Assembly (NCBI GenBank): GCA_964016885.1
Contig: OZ024742.1
Location: 220,286,001-220,350,000 of the forward strand
Reading direction: 5' to 3'
Source: Eledone cirrhosa
Taxonomy: Eukaryota
Length of the DNA: 64,000 nt
The notes below the pieces were generated by a model that saw only the letters and a list, made by a program, of their open reading frames with translations, was not told where the DNA came from and ran no database searches. The position numbers were made by a program, and so were the translations under genes. This document shows, piece after piece, positions 52,889 through 64,000 of this stretch (the first letter of the stretch is position 1; each line of letters opens with the position of its first letter).

Positions 52889-53298
52889 TTCTTTGAGTCT
52901 CAGTCATTGATGTTATTTAACTGGAAAGTTTGTTGAAATGAATATCAAGCCACTACCTGCAGCCTCAGATATTCAGGACGTATCGGAGGGTTCTTGCTGT
53001 TCCCAGCAAGCATGCCTTTTGAAGTGTTCCAAAAGGCGGGGCGGGACCAATCTTCTTTAACCATCCTTGGAAACTCTTTGAGATAGTACCTAGTGTGCCT
53101 ATGATAATCGGGACCACTTTGACCTAATGGCAGTTCCAAATCCTTTTTACCTCCTGGTATAATTTTCTCCCTCTCCTTCTCTTGCATTCTCGTGTCGAAT
53201 GGGCAGGCTACATCCACAATCAGGCACGATCTTTTTCCCTTGTCCAAAACCACCAGGTCAGGTCTATTGTGTTCCAGTTTCTTGTCCGTCTGTATCCT
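52889..53298 (-). mobile_element. R4/Dong-like RLE non-LTR 3' fragment flanked by (TAA)n
   Basis: IQTDKKLEHNRPDLVVLDK...IVDVACPFD (PD-D/ExK endonuclease), then frameshifted VVPIIIGTLG...LQKACLLGTARTLR. Confidence 0.85.
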
Positions 53299-53320
53299 AA
53301 TTATTATTATTATTATTATT

Positions 53321-53437
53321 AGTCTTGCCATTGTGCACTTTTACTCGACCTTATTGTAAACCCCCACTGTCCCTGTCTTTGTATTGTCCTCTACATGTCG
53401 GCCCTTGTGGCTAATAAATGAAATCATTATTATTATT
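53321..53437 (+). mobile_element. Tx1 3'-UTR fragment with (TTA)n tail
   Basis: tgtcggcccttgtggctaataaatgaaatca(tta)n matches the 3' ends at 46960-46990 and 52830-52860. Confidence 0.75.
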
Positions 53438-53449
53438 TTTTTTTTTTTT

Positions 53450-56400
53450 TTCCCAATTCAATGATGTTCCAAAACAATATGAAAGAGATAATTGGCAATA
53501 AGGGTTCTGGAACAAAAGAGATAATTGGCAATAAGGGCAGAGGCCACAGGGTATCACAGCCTGGGCCCGCTCGTCATCGTGCCACTGTAATAGAGCCAAA
53601 CAAGGCATTTAATATTGGCTGCTGGAACGTATGGACGCTGCTTGACAGGGATTCCTTGGAACGTCCTGAACGAAGGATCGCTCTTGTTGCAAAGGAGCTT
53701 CGACGTTCGATCTTGACATCGTAGCTTTATCTGAGACGAGGTTAGCTGGACATGGTCATCTTACAGAATTTTGTGGAGAATATACATTCTTCTGAAAAGG
53801 AAGAGATGAAGGAACCAGAAGAGAGGCTGTTAAAGACTACTCTTATGGATAAATCAGAATAATTCCCAGTGGGGATTAGTGAGCGTCTTATGTCCATGAG
53901 AATTCCGCCTGACAAAGGAAGATTTGTGACCCTGGTGAGTGTGTATGCTCCAACTATGAATTCTGTCGATGAAGAAAAAGTGTCTTTTTACAATACATTG
54001 AAATGTGTTTTAAGAAATATCCCTCAGGCAGACAAGGTCATCGTGCTTGGTGACTTTAATGCTAGAGTGGGTAGGGATTTTAACACATGGAATGTAATCG
54101 GAAGGCATGGGGTGGGAAAGTGTAACAACAATGGTATGCTCCTGCTGCAGATGTGTGAGGAGCTGGATCTGTGTGTTACCAACACCATGCCCCAGAAAAG
54201 AACAAATTCAAGACCACATGGATGCATCCTGCATCTAAGGAATGGCATCTTTTGGACTACATCCTTGTCAGGATGCGTGACAGACAGGATGTGCAGTGTG
54301 TTCGTGCTCTTCATGGAGCTGAGTGCTGGACGGACTACCGCCTGGTACGCGCAAAAATGAAACTAATCACTAAACGTAAAATCCGGGCTCCTGATGTTAC
54401 CCTTCCCAGAAGATTGAATGCTGCTCGTCTTAGAGATAAAAATGTGAATTAGGACATTGGAAGAAGAGATGCATGTTGCAGATCTTGGCCGACCCTTAAA
54501 AAGTCGGTTTATGATGTAGGCAGGCGGGTTCTGGGATTGGTGCAGAGAAAACATCAAGACTGATTTAATGAGAATGACGAACATATAGATGACTTGTTGG
54601 CTGATAAGAGGCGTGCTCTGTCACGCTACTTGACGGCAAAACCACATGAGAAGAATATGTTGCATAAGGAACTCAAGGATGTGAAATCACGTGTTAGGCG
54701 GAGTCTTTCTCGGATGAAGGATAAGTGGTGGAGTGAGAAGGCTGATGAGATACAAGCTTCATCAGATTCCAATAACACAAAGCTGTTGTACAGTCTCTTG
54801 CGTGAAGTTTATGGACCGTCTTCTTCTCTGGTGACACCGCTTCGCAGCAGGGATGGCAAGGAATTCTACGAAGGTGGCGAGAGCACTTTGATGAACTTTT
54901 GAATTACCCGTCTGTCGTCAATGAAGATTTCCTCATCTCATTCTTGAAAAACCTGTGAAAGTAGCTCTTGCAGAACCACCAACACTTGTGGAGGTTGCAG
55001 TAGCTATCCCGAAGCTGAACAGTGGAAGTTCTCCAGGTATGGATGGCATACATGCTGAGCTCTTACAATATGGTGGTGAGAGACTTCTGCAACATCTTCA
55101 CTCTTTGTTTGACAGGATATGGGCTAGTGAATCCGTACCTGAGGACTGGAGAGATGCAGTAATGGTGGTCTTGTACAATGGAAAGGGTAACAAGAATGAT
55201 TGTGGAAACTACAGAGGTATATCATTGCTTTCTGTCGTAGGAAAAATTTTATGTAGGGTGCTTCTGGGCTGTCTACTGACACACATTGCAGATTGTGTTC
55301 CTCGTGAAAGTCAATCTGGTTTTCGTGCTGGACACGGCACTACTGATATGATCTTCTCAGCTAGACAGCTCCAGGAGAAATGCATGGAACAAGGTTTGGA
55401 TCTGTATCAAGTTTTTGTCGATCTGACAAAAGCTTTCGATACTGTTAACAGAAATGCATTGTGGAAGGTTCTCCAGAAACTTGGTTGGCCTGATAAGTTC
55501 CTTGCTTTGGTTAGATATTTCCATGACGACATGAAGGCTTGGCTTAATGTCAGAGATAACATGTCGGAGCCTATCTCAGTAAAAAAAGGAGTTAAACAGG
55601 GGGATATTCCAGCACCGACCCTGTTTGCCACACACTTTGCAATGGTTTTCTATATTGCATTCAGGAATTGCGAGCATGGTGTTTACATCCAATATCGAAC
55701 CTCAGGCAGCATATTTAACATCAGGCGCTTTGCTGCAAAAACAAAAGTATTTTCATCAATCATAAGAGACCTCTTGTATGCAGATGATCGTGATCTTGTA
55801 CGGCACACAGAGAAAGATATGCAGCTCATTTTGAATGCATTTTCTGATGCTTGCACTGCCCTAGGATTGACTGTCAGTCTCAAGAAAACCGTTGTCATGT
55901 ACCCACCTACCCCTTGTAAGCAGTACAGTGAGCCAAATATCTATGTGTATGGTAAACGACTTGGAGGGTTTGATCAGTTTGTCTACCTGGGAAGCACTGT
56001 GAATCGATACAGCAACCTTGATAATGAAATTCCACTCAGGATTAGGAAAGCAAGTGATGCTTTCGGAAAGCTAGAAAGGCGACTCTGGGGTCGGCGAGAC
56101 ATATGCAAGAAGACAAAGGTAAAGGTGTACAAGGCATGTGTGCTCTCTTCTCTTCTTTATTTTGCGAGACCTGGGTCACATATCGACACCACCTTAAACA
56201 ATTGGAGCGTTTCCATCAGATGTGTCTCAGACGGATCCATGGCGTTCACTGGAGGGACCACATCAGTGATGTCGAGATTTTGGAAAGCTCTGTGTGTGAC
56301 AGTATAGAAGCTCTTGTGCTTAAGAAAAGACTCCGTTGGAGTGGTCACCTTGCCAGGATGAAGGATTCTAGAATACCAAAGCAACTCTTTTATGGAGAGT

Positions 56401-56949
56401 TAGTTAAAGGAAAACAACTTCCACATAAACCAAAAAAAGAGATATAAGGATACGCTGAAAGCCTCTTTGAAAGACGCTAACATCTCTGCTGATACATGGG
56501 AAAATGTTGCTGCTGATCGTAATAAATGGAGAAAGACTGTATATGAGGGGAAAGTTGCCTTTGAAGCATCTCGAATCACATACGAGAAAGTAAAGCGGGA
56601 TGTGAGGAAGGGCATTACTGTTGCACTTCCAGACAGCGAAGGTCCTCCTCCTGTGCGAGACTGCCTTAGCAAAGCTGGACTCGAAAGTCATCTTCGCAGT
56701 CATAAAGTGAGCCCAGTGGTTGACTACCAGGCTGCTGTTGGAGATGCTACTCATCATGCCTGCTAAGCATATGGTAGAGAATGTAAATCAGCAGGAGGGC
56801 TCAAACGACATGCAAAACTACATGAACTCCAACCACAACCGACTATTCCCAGTGAATATTTTGGTTGCCGACTCTGTGCAAGACATTTTAGATCATTGGC
56901 TGGGCTAAAAAGCCACATTCGATCGCAGCACTGTTAATTGCTAGCGCGC

Positions 56950-57001
<52 letters not shown>

Positions 57002-57022
57002 ATGTATATATAGATATGTATA

Positions 57023-57091
<69 letters not shown>

Positions 57092-57219
57092 TATTGTCGT
57101 TATTATGTTTTTGTTTGTTTTTTCGTGCAATGGCCATACTCGATAACGAGGGGGAAGCCATTATGTATGTATGTATGTATGTATGTATGTATGTATGTAT
57201 GTATGTATGTATGTATGTA
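53450..57219 (+). mobile_element. Near full-length, frameshifted RTE/BovB-like LINE with C-terminal C2H2 fingers and (ATGT)n tail
   Basis: IGCWNVWTL, SVYAPT, GDFNARVG, NYRGISLLS, FVDLTKAFDTV, GVKQGD, LLYADD, LRWSGH. Confidence 0.93.
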
Positions 57220-57512
57220 TAGGGGTTTTCACCTACCGAGGACTTACGTTATATTAAATTTGGGGCTCCTAGTTTTTTTTATGATTTAGTATTAAAGACT
57301 AAAAACTAATGATAAAATAAAAATATATTTTAAAAACTGAGGTGTGTGGCACTAAGCTGTAACTTATTTACTTTATAGATAAGTCCAGCTCTGGCTTCAC
57401 AGAGTCGCCCGAGGGTGTGTTGTTCTAAACTGTAGCTTATTTGGCTTAAACAATTCAGAGATGGTCAACACTTTCAAAAGCTTTGCATTTATCTGGTGTC
57501 CCCTCCTCCCCC

Positions 57513-58300
57513 TTCTTCTTCTTCTTCTTCTTCTTCTTCTTCTTCTTCTTCTTCTTCTTCTTCTTCCTGAGAGGTCAGTGAGGAAAGAGACCCCTTCTTG
57601 TCTTGCCCACTTATTCCCGGGAGAGTCGTGGGAGAAGAGGGCTCAAGCACGCCTTCCAGCAGATCCTATCAGCAGTAACCAACACTAACTGATCCGGCTG
57701 GATCTCCAAGTGAAACCAGCTGAGCTCATGGATATTATCCGACCATCTTGTTCGGGATCTGCCCCTGGGTTCCCTGTCGGTTGGTTTTACCCGTAAAATC
57801 TGTCCAACGGTTCTTTCCCGAGACATTCTAACCACATGCCCGTAGTATCGGAACTGAGATCTTTTAATTCGGAGAAGTAGTGTCTCTACGTGAGCGATTC
57901 TTTTATCTTCGAGCTATTCACTCTATTGAGTAACGTTACTCCAAAGACCCTTTCCAGGAACCTCATTTCGGCCGCTTGTATTCGCGATTCTTTCGGTCAT
58001 TACTCAAGATTCATGACCATAGGTAAGGGTTGGCAGGAATACCGAATTGAAGATAGCGAGTTTGCCTTTTACACCTATCTCCCTTCTTCTGATGACCGAA
58101 TGCAATTTTTGCACTTAATGCAGCCTCCTGCCTGCCATCATTCGTGAACATGGCCTCGAGACACTTGAAATTATTCACTTGCATCTGTGGAATTCCACTC
58201 TCATGTAGAGTGCACTGTGCAGGTTTTCTTGAGAGGACCAGTATTTGCAGCACTCAGCATCAAACCTATCATATGTATGTCGGAGATCACCTTCTGACAA
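57513..58300 (-). mobile_element. Decayed RTE-clade fragment with (AAG)n tail
   Basis: GHVVRMSRER...RGRSRTRWSD remnant. Confidence 0.7.
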
Positions 58301-59071
58301 GTTAAGCAGTGCCATTTTGTTTATTACTGTTGTTCTTATAACTGTTTATGTTCTTGTTGATGTCTTTGTTTTAATTTATGTTGCATTTGTAGTTGTTTAA
58401 CAGGAGGACATATTTGATGAAGTAGACATATAACATCTAAACTAACGCGACTGGAGGCCGAAGGCTGTTTATTATTATTATTTTTCTTTTTTTCAAAATT
58501 AGAGTGTCTTCGGCGCCGGGAAATACGGTAAGTTTAATTTTTTTTTACAATGAAGTCACGTGGTTTAGTGGTTAGAGTATTTGGCTCACGATCGTAAGGT
58601 TATGAGTTCAATTTCCAGCAGCATGTTGTGTCCTTGAGCATGACACTTTATTTCATGTTTCTCCAGTTCACTAATCTGCCAAAAAGTGAGTTGTAGCTGT
58701 AATTCAAAGGTCTGGCCTTGTCACATTCTATGTCACGCTGAATGTCCCTGAGAAGGTACACGTGTCTATCTATGAAATACTCAAGTTAATTTCACAACCC
58801 GGCTGTTCCGTTGTTCGAAATAACTAGAAGGCTCACCGTCGTAATCGATGCTGTGCCAGTTTGTATACAGTATACGCTTTGCAGCATAGAGTTACGCCCT
58901 TTTACGGTCTGAGTTCAAATTCTGCCGAGGTTAACTTTGCCTTTCATCCTTACGGGGTCAATAAAATAAAGCACCAGTAATGCACTGAGATAAGTTCCTG
59001 GCTTGTGCTAAAAGTAGATACATGTAGTTGTAGACTAATAAAGTCACTATGGAGAAATGGTGGACATTCTA

Positions 59072-59110
59072 TCTCTGATGAAGGTGTAACAAGGCTAGAA
59101 ACTAGTCAGC
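59072..59110 (+). ncRNA. Degenerate minimal hammerhead core
   Basis: CUGAUGA-aggu...gcua-GAAA-cuag-UC-ag; stems I and II are weak. Confidence 0.35.
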
Positions 59111-59296
59111 TTGATACTATTTTCTCTTTGTTTGGCCTATGAGGAGATATATCCTTTGCTTATTTTTATAGCGAGCTTAAATTGTTTGTTTATTTAAAAA
59201 GGTATAACTTACATTTCATGAAACTGATTATTGAAGAGGAGGTCAACACAAACAATAAATATATAAAACAAAAGTACATAAGGCCATGCCTAAATG

Positions 59297-59514
<218 letters not shown>

Positions 59515-59699
59515 TCACTTACTCACTCACAAACGTGCACACGCATTATTTCACTTTCTCTCTCTCACCTCATTACATCCATCAGTCTGTGTGTCTTTCT
59601 CGTTTGAAAACTAAATCAATAAAATAGACTTTGTATAATGTGAAATAAAGACATCTGTTACATTTTCTACTATATATCGCCTGAACATGGAAGCAAGCC

Positions 59700-60320
59700 T
59701 CAGGTCGATCTATATACAGAGAGAGAAGAAGAACTAAGTGAAAAAGTTCATTAAGCTATTCTGTCTAGCAGCAAAATGTAGATTTGTGGCGTTTGCGTAT
59801 GTTCCAGTGTTGCAGTGTGGCAATGTAAGGAGATATAGGCATTGAATGTAGGGGGTGAGTGAAGGTTGGAAAGAAGCCTGCTCCGGTGGATATTTAACGC
59901 TAATGTGCATAAAGGACGAAGTCCATCTGAGTTGAGAAAAAAACTCAATATAAGAGGATTGATTGGCATATAAGAGAGAAAACTGCGCTGGTACTGACAC
60001 GAGATGCATATGAATTATGAGAGTTATGTAAGGAAGTGTCAGGAGTTCCAAATGGAAAGTATCAGTGGCAGTGAAAGATCAAATAAAACGTGGCCAGTAA
60101 CAAACTTTTAGCTGCCATTTCCGCCCCACCACACAGTGCAAATATGGCATACTCTCATCGCTCTGCTGAAGACACAATGATTCCCTAGTGTTGGTGCCAT
60201 GATAAAATGTACCCAGTATCCTCTTTAAAGTGTTCTTGCTGATTACACGTTAAAACACACCCAGTATAGTCTGAGAATGGGTTGTCGTTAGGTAGGGCAT
60301 ACCACCGTAGACACCATGTC
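59700..60320 (+). mobile_element. Old RTE 3' relic
   Basis: Degenerate match to the RTE C-terminus and 3' UTR seen at 27300-28150. Confidence 0.6.
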
Positions 60321-60675
60321 CAAATGTAACGTATAAGCAGGGCGGGGTCTTCTTATCCGTCTAATTTATCGTTCTCTTTTTAATTCACTTTAGGGTCAGA
60401 GGACAAAAGGGGGTAAATGAGAGGGGGTCACAGAGCTGTCACACACCTCTGTCATATAGATGCTAGTGCACCATACGACTACCGTTACCCCCATTGTCTA
60501 TATGCATCTCGAGGTAACTAGCATGAGGAAGGAATGGCTGATGCAACGGGTATTACTGGCTATTTTCAGCAACAATGTTCTCGCGCATTTGTCTGCGACG
60601 CCCGGCCAATTCTCCCTCCCAATTCCCTGCTTTTTAATATTTTTCCTTTTCTCTCTCTTCCTGGTTGTAAATATA

Positions 60676-62128
60676 TCATAATCTATAAAGCTCAGTGTGT
60701 GGTCATGCTCCTTTGTTATAGAAATCTACGATATAGAATTTCTTCAATTGAAATTTACAATTCAGTATTCGAAATAGCTTCGATTGCGTCTTGGCACATC
60801 TAATTTTTTCAATTTCACCCACAATTACGCAAAAAATAGATAAAACTCAATATTTTACGATTTTCTCTCTCATTTAAACTGCTAAACTCTTTCTACTACC
60901 ATTCAAAATCTATACAACTTCATACTTTCTGTTACTTTCTCTTTCCAAGCTTGATGGTGATACTGTCCGTTTTACTCTGTCATATCATCTGCTTACCTCT
61001 ATCTACAACCCACACATTTTGCTACTTTCTGTTTTATACTTCAAACTTACTGATTTATTTACAAACGCATACAAACACACACTCACTTCAAATGATAAAA
61101 AAACATTTAAAGCAATTAAACAACGTGCGTGATTTATAACCACACTAACTTTTAGTTGCTCAATTATTACATTTCATACGAAACGACAATTATTCAAAAG
61201 CAACAGATACATTTATTCAACAACAAGCGATAAATCTTTTTTAAAACCTCTCAACGAACGTGGATTCTTACAGACTTTGAGTCGAATCGGTTTGAAATTG
61301 TGCAAATGTATAAACATGGAACATGTGCACACACACAACAACAACAACAATCTGCCTTTTATAGATAATGATAAACAATAATATCCTCTATGAGGTCACT
61401 AAACCTGCTAGAAACAGCAGCTAACTCTCCCCCATACCACACCCCTCCCTACTGTCTTAAATTTAGAAAACATATCTTCTATGAAGTCACTAAACCTGCT
61501 AGAAACAGCAGCTAACTCTCCCCCATATCACACCACTCCCTACTGTCTTAAATTTAGAAAACACATATCCTCTATGAGGTTACTAAACCTGCTAGAAACA
61601 GCAGCTAACTCTCCCCCATATCACACCCATCCCTACTGTCTTAAATTTAGAAAACATATCTTCTATGAGGTCACTAAACCTGCTAGAAACAGCAACTAAC
61701 TCTCCCCCATATCACACCACTCCCTACTGTCTTAAATTTAGAAAACACATATCTTCTATGAGGTCACTAAACCTGCTAGAAACAACAGTTAACTCTGCCT
61801 CATATCACAACCCTCCCTACTGTCTTAAATTTAGAAAACACACAGACAACCATGCAGAACAACTCCATCGCAGCTCTGTTGTTCGGCTGGCATCGTCTAC
61901 GCGCGTGTTGCGCAAGTACTGTGAAACAATAAATTTCAACACTTTTTTGCACAGAGATAATATCCATAGGCGAAACTACAATTGTCACTGCTGGCGCAGC
62001 TCCTGCTTCCAGGTCTGCAATTCATTCACCCAGTGCCTTGCAGACAAAAAAGTGCTGCCATAAAATGGGTGGTGCAACCTAACTTTGGTAACTTAATGAC
62101 CCCGACCAACGCCGGGCTTTAATGCTAG
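60676..62128 (+). mobile_element. Non-autonomous Helitron
   Basis: 5' A|TC...tataaag start, 3' hairpin cccg-accaacgc-cggg followed by CTAG|T at 62125-62129. Confidence 0.7.
61381..61840. repeat. Five-copy tandem repeat with alternating 91/93-bp units
   Basis: tgaggtcactaaacctgctagaaac starts at 61391, 61482, 61575, 61666 and 61759. Confidence 0.92.
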
Positions 62129-62536
62129 TATACAATAAAAAGATATTGTTTTGAATGAATACATTTTGTAAACAAGGTTGGTCATTTGGCTATTAATATG
62201 AAAGAAAAAAAGAGAAAAAAATTAGATGAATTAAAGTGTTGACAAAGATACTTTTCGTTTGAAGGACAATTGGAGTCATTGCGTGGTGTGTGAGTTAGCT
62301 TTTATTCTACGTCTGTGTTTTACGTCATTGTCTATAGTTGAGTGCGTGATGTTTATAAGGTAGAGTGGGTGCGGGTGTGTGAGAAGGAAGGTTTTAAGTG
62401 GCTACTGGCAGTCAAAACTTTTCTTGAGATCTTAAATTACGCACTCATGCACACACACACACACACACATACCAATACATACACACACACACACATACAC
62501 ACCAATACATACATACACACACACACACACACACCA

Positions 62537-62568
<32 letters not shown>

Positions 62569-62580
62569 CAATACATACAT

Positions 62581-62611
<31 letters not shown>

Positions 62612-63004
62612 GTGAAAAATTGAACGGGAACAAAACAGAGAGGCAGTACGAACAAAGGTATATTAGTTTCACGCTCTTGAGAGTGGGGTATATATATATA
62701 TATATATAATAATTGTTTCTACTTTAGGCACAAGGCCAGTAAATACCCAGTGCATTACTGGTACTTTATTTTATCGACCCCCTAAGGATGAAAGGCAAAG
62801 TCAACCTCGGCGGGATTTGAACTCAAAGTATATATCCCTACACGCAAAAAGCGTCTAGGGACACATGTATTGTCCAACCATATGCCAATGTGGTTCAATG
62901 GCAGGTTAATAAATTAACGAGCCAGAACATATATAATCAAGGTTTAGCAAATAAGAAAAGGTTTCAAAATAAATTTTAAAACATTCACTGTACTCACTAT
63001 GGTT

Positions 63005-63091
63005 ACCTTTACCGAATCGGTTTCGAGTCTCAAAAATAAATGTACAGTCCTTGCGGCCTTCCATTGAAAAGATAAACTCTCGTCAGACGGT
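63005..63091 (-). ncRNA. Type I hammerhead ribozyme
   Basis: accgu-CUGACGA-gaguuu...agacuc-GAAA-ccg-auu-cgg-UA-aaggu; one mismatch in stem I. Confidence 0.8.
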
Positions 63092-63407
63092 TCTTTTCAC
63101 TCGGAGAATATAAAATTCTCGAGTTCAAATTACGAACTGGCGCTATTCAAAATTGTTCCCGAGGTGAGAATGAATGACGTGGAAGCAATTCTGTCCAGTG
63201 CCGTGTGTAAAGATAGAAGCAGAGGCAGCGAGGTCAGTCTACTACCATTATAAATAGCAGCAGTCAGAACGACCAAATTTTATCTCGACCAAGAGAAGAA
63301 TAATAATAATAGGGAACAATTTTGAATAGCGCCAGTTCGTAATTTGAACTCGGGAATTTTATATTCTCCGAGTGAAAAGAACCGTCTGACGAGAGTTTAT
63401 CTTTTCA
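63065..63407. repeat. 96-bp inverted repeat (63065-63160 and 63312-63407), a 5' inversion of the hammerhead element
   Basis: One mismatch between arms; the right arm carries only the 5' half of the ribozyme. Confidence 0.88.
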
Positions 63408-63545
63408 CGTTTGTGTATTTGTATGTATGTGTATGTATGGATATGTTGATATTTATGAGTGTATGTATGTATGTGTATATGTATGTGTATGGATATATAT
63501 ACACATATATATGTGTGTGTATATGTGTGTGTGTATGTATGTGTG

Positions 63546-63580
<35 letters not shown>

Positions 63581-63726
63581 ATGTATATATTTGTGTGTGT
63601 GTATGTGTGTTTGCATGTGTGTTTTTATTATTTACTTTTCCTTTCCTTCTTCCTTTTCCAGCCTCACTTTCATATAGATTATATTTTTGTTTTTAAAATC
63701 CAACGCCAATAAATACACCAGGATTT

Positions 63727-63787
63727 TTTCATTCTGATGATTGAAAGCAACATTTTTTTGCTTTTAAGAAACCACTGGTAAATGAAA
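63727..63787 (+). ncRNA. Type I hammerhead ribozyme (intact core)
   Basis: uuucauu-CUGAUGA-uugaaagcaa-cauuuuu-uugcuuuuaa-GAAA-cc-acu-gg-UA-aaugaaa; fully paired stems; same family as 36572-36631. Confidence 0.9.
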
Positions 63788-63880
63788 TAATCGCCTTATG
63801 TTGTTTATTACATAACTATTAAGCTCTGTTACCAACATAGAGCACTGTTTTTTTCCTGGACTTTTCCGACGGAATTACTT

Positions 63881-63982
<102 letters not shown>

Positions 63983-64000
63983 ATGTGTCTCTCCTCTTCT

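Noticed and set aside
61381-61840. CRISPR-like array
   Set aside because: No unique spacers and no cas genes; it is a plain tandem repeat in eukaryotic DNA.
62998-63064. Possible TMC first exon (ATG MEGRKDCTFIFETRNRFGKGNH with a gtgagt donor, minus strand)
   Set aside because: It lies inside the hammerhead element, shows no TMC similarity, and its phase 1 end does not match the next phase 0 exon.
63065-63407. MITE with 96-bp terminal inverted repeats
   Set aside because: No target-site duplication, and one arm continues into a hammerhead, so it is better explained as a 5' inversion.

Overview
Repeat-dense, AT-rich animal genomic DNA. The SINE, LINE and microsatellite content suggests a cephalopod (octopus-like); this is an inference. 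The only host gene found is a minus-strand transmembrane channel-like (TMC, TMC5/7-like) gene. I assembled nine of its internal exons by hand (45990 to 8018, 1193 nt, all GT-AG, with consistent phases, including the CWETxxGQxxYK motif); its start and end were not located. The introns hold RTE, CR1, Tx1, R4/Dong-like and CRE-like non-LTR elements, tRNA/Meta-type SINEs, mariner and hAT derivatives, a Helitron and microsatellites. The most notable signal is at least four unrelated non-coding families carrying type I hammerhead ribozymes: ~440-bp and 551-bp tandem monomers plus shorter copies. They sit in or beside (TA)n tracts and repeatedly carry a 5' inverted copy, like retrozymes or Penelope pseudo-LTRs. 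A second signal is a chain of Tx1 and Dong-like elements stacked in one (TTA)n microsatellite. Ribozyme folds and coordinates were derived by eye, and repeat boundaries are approximate.
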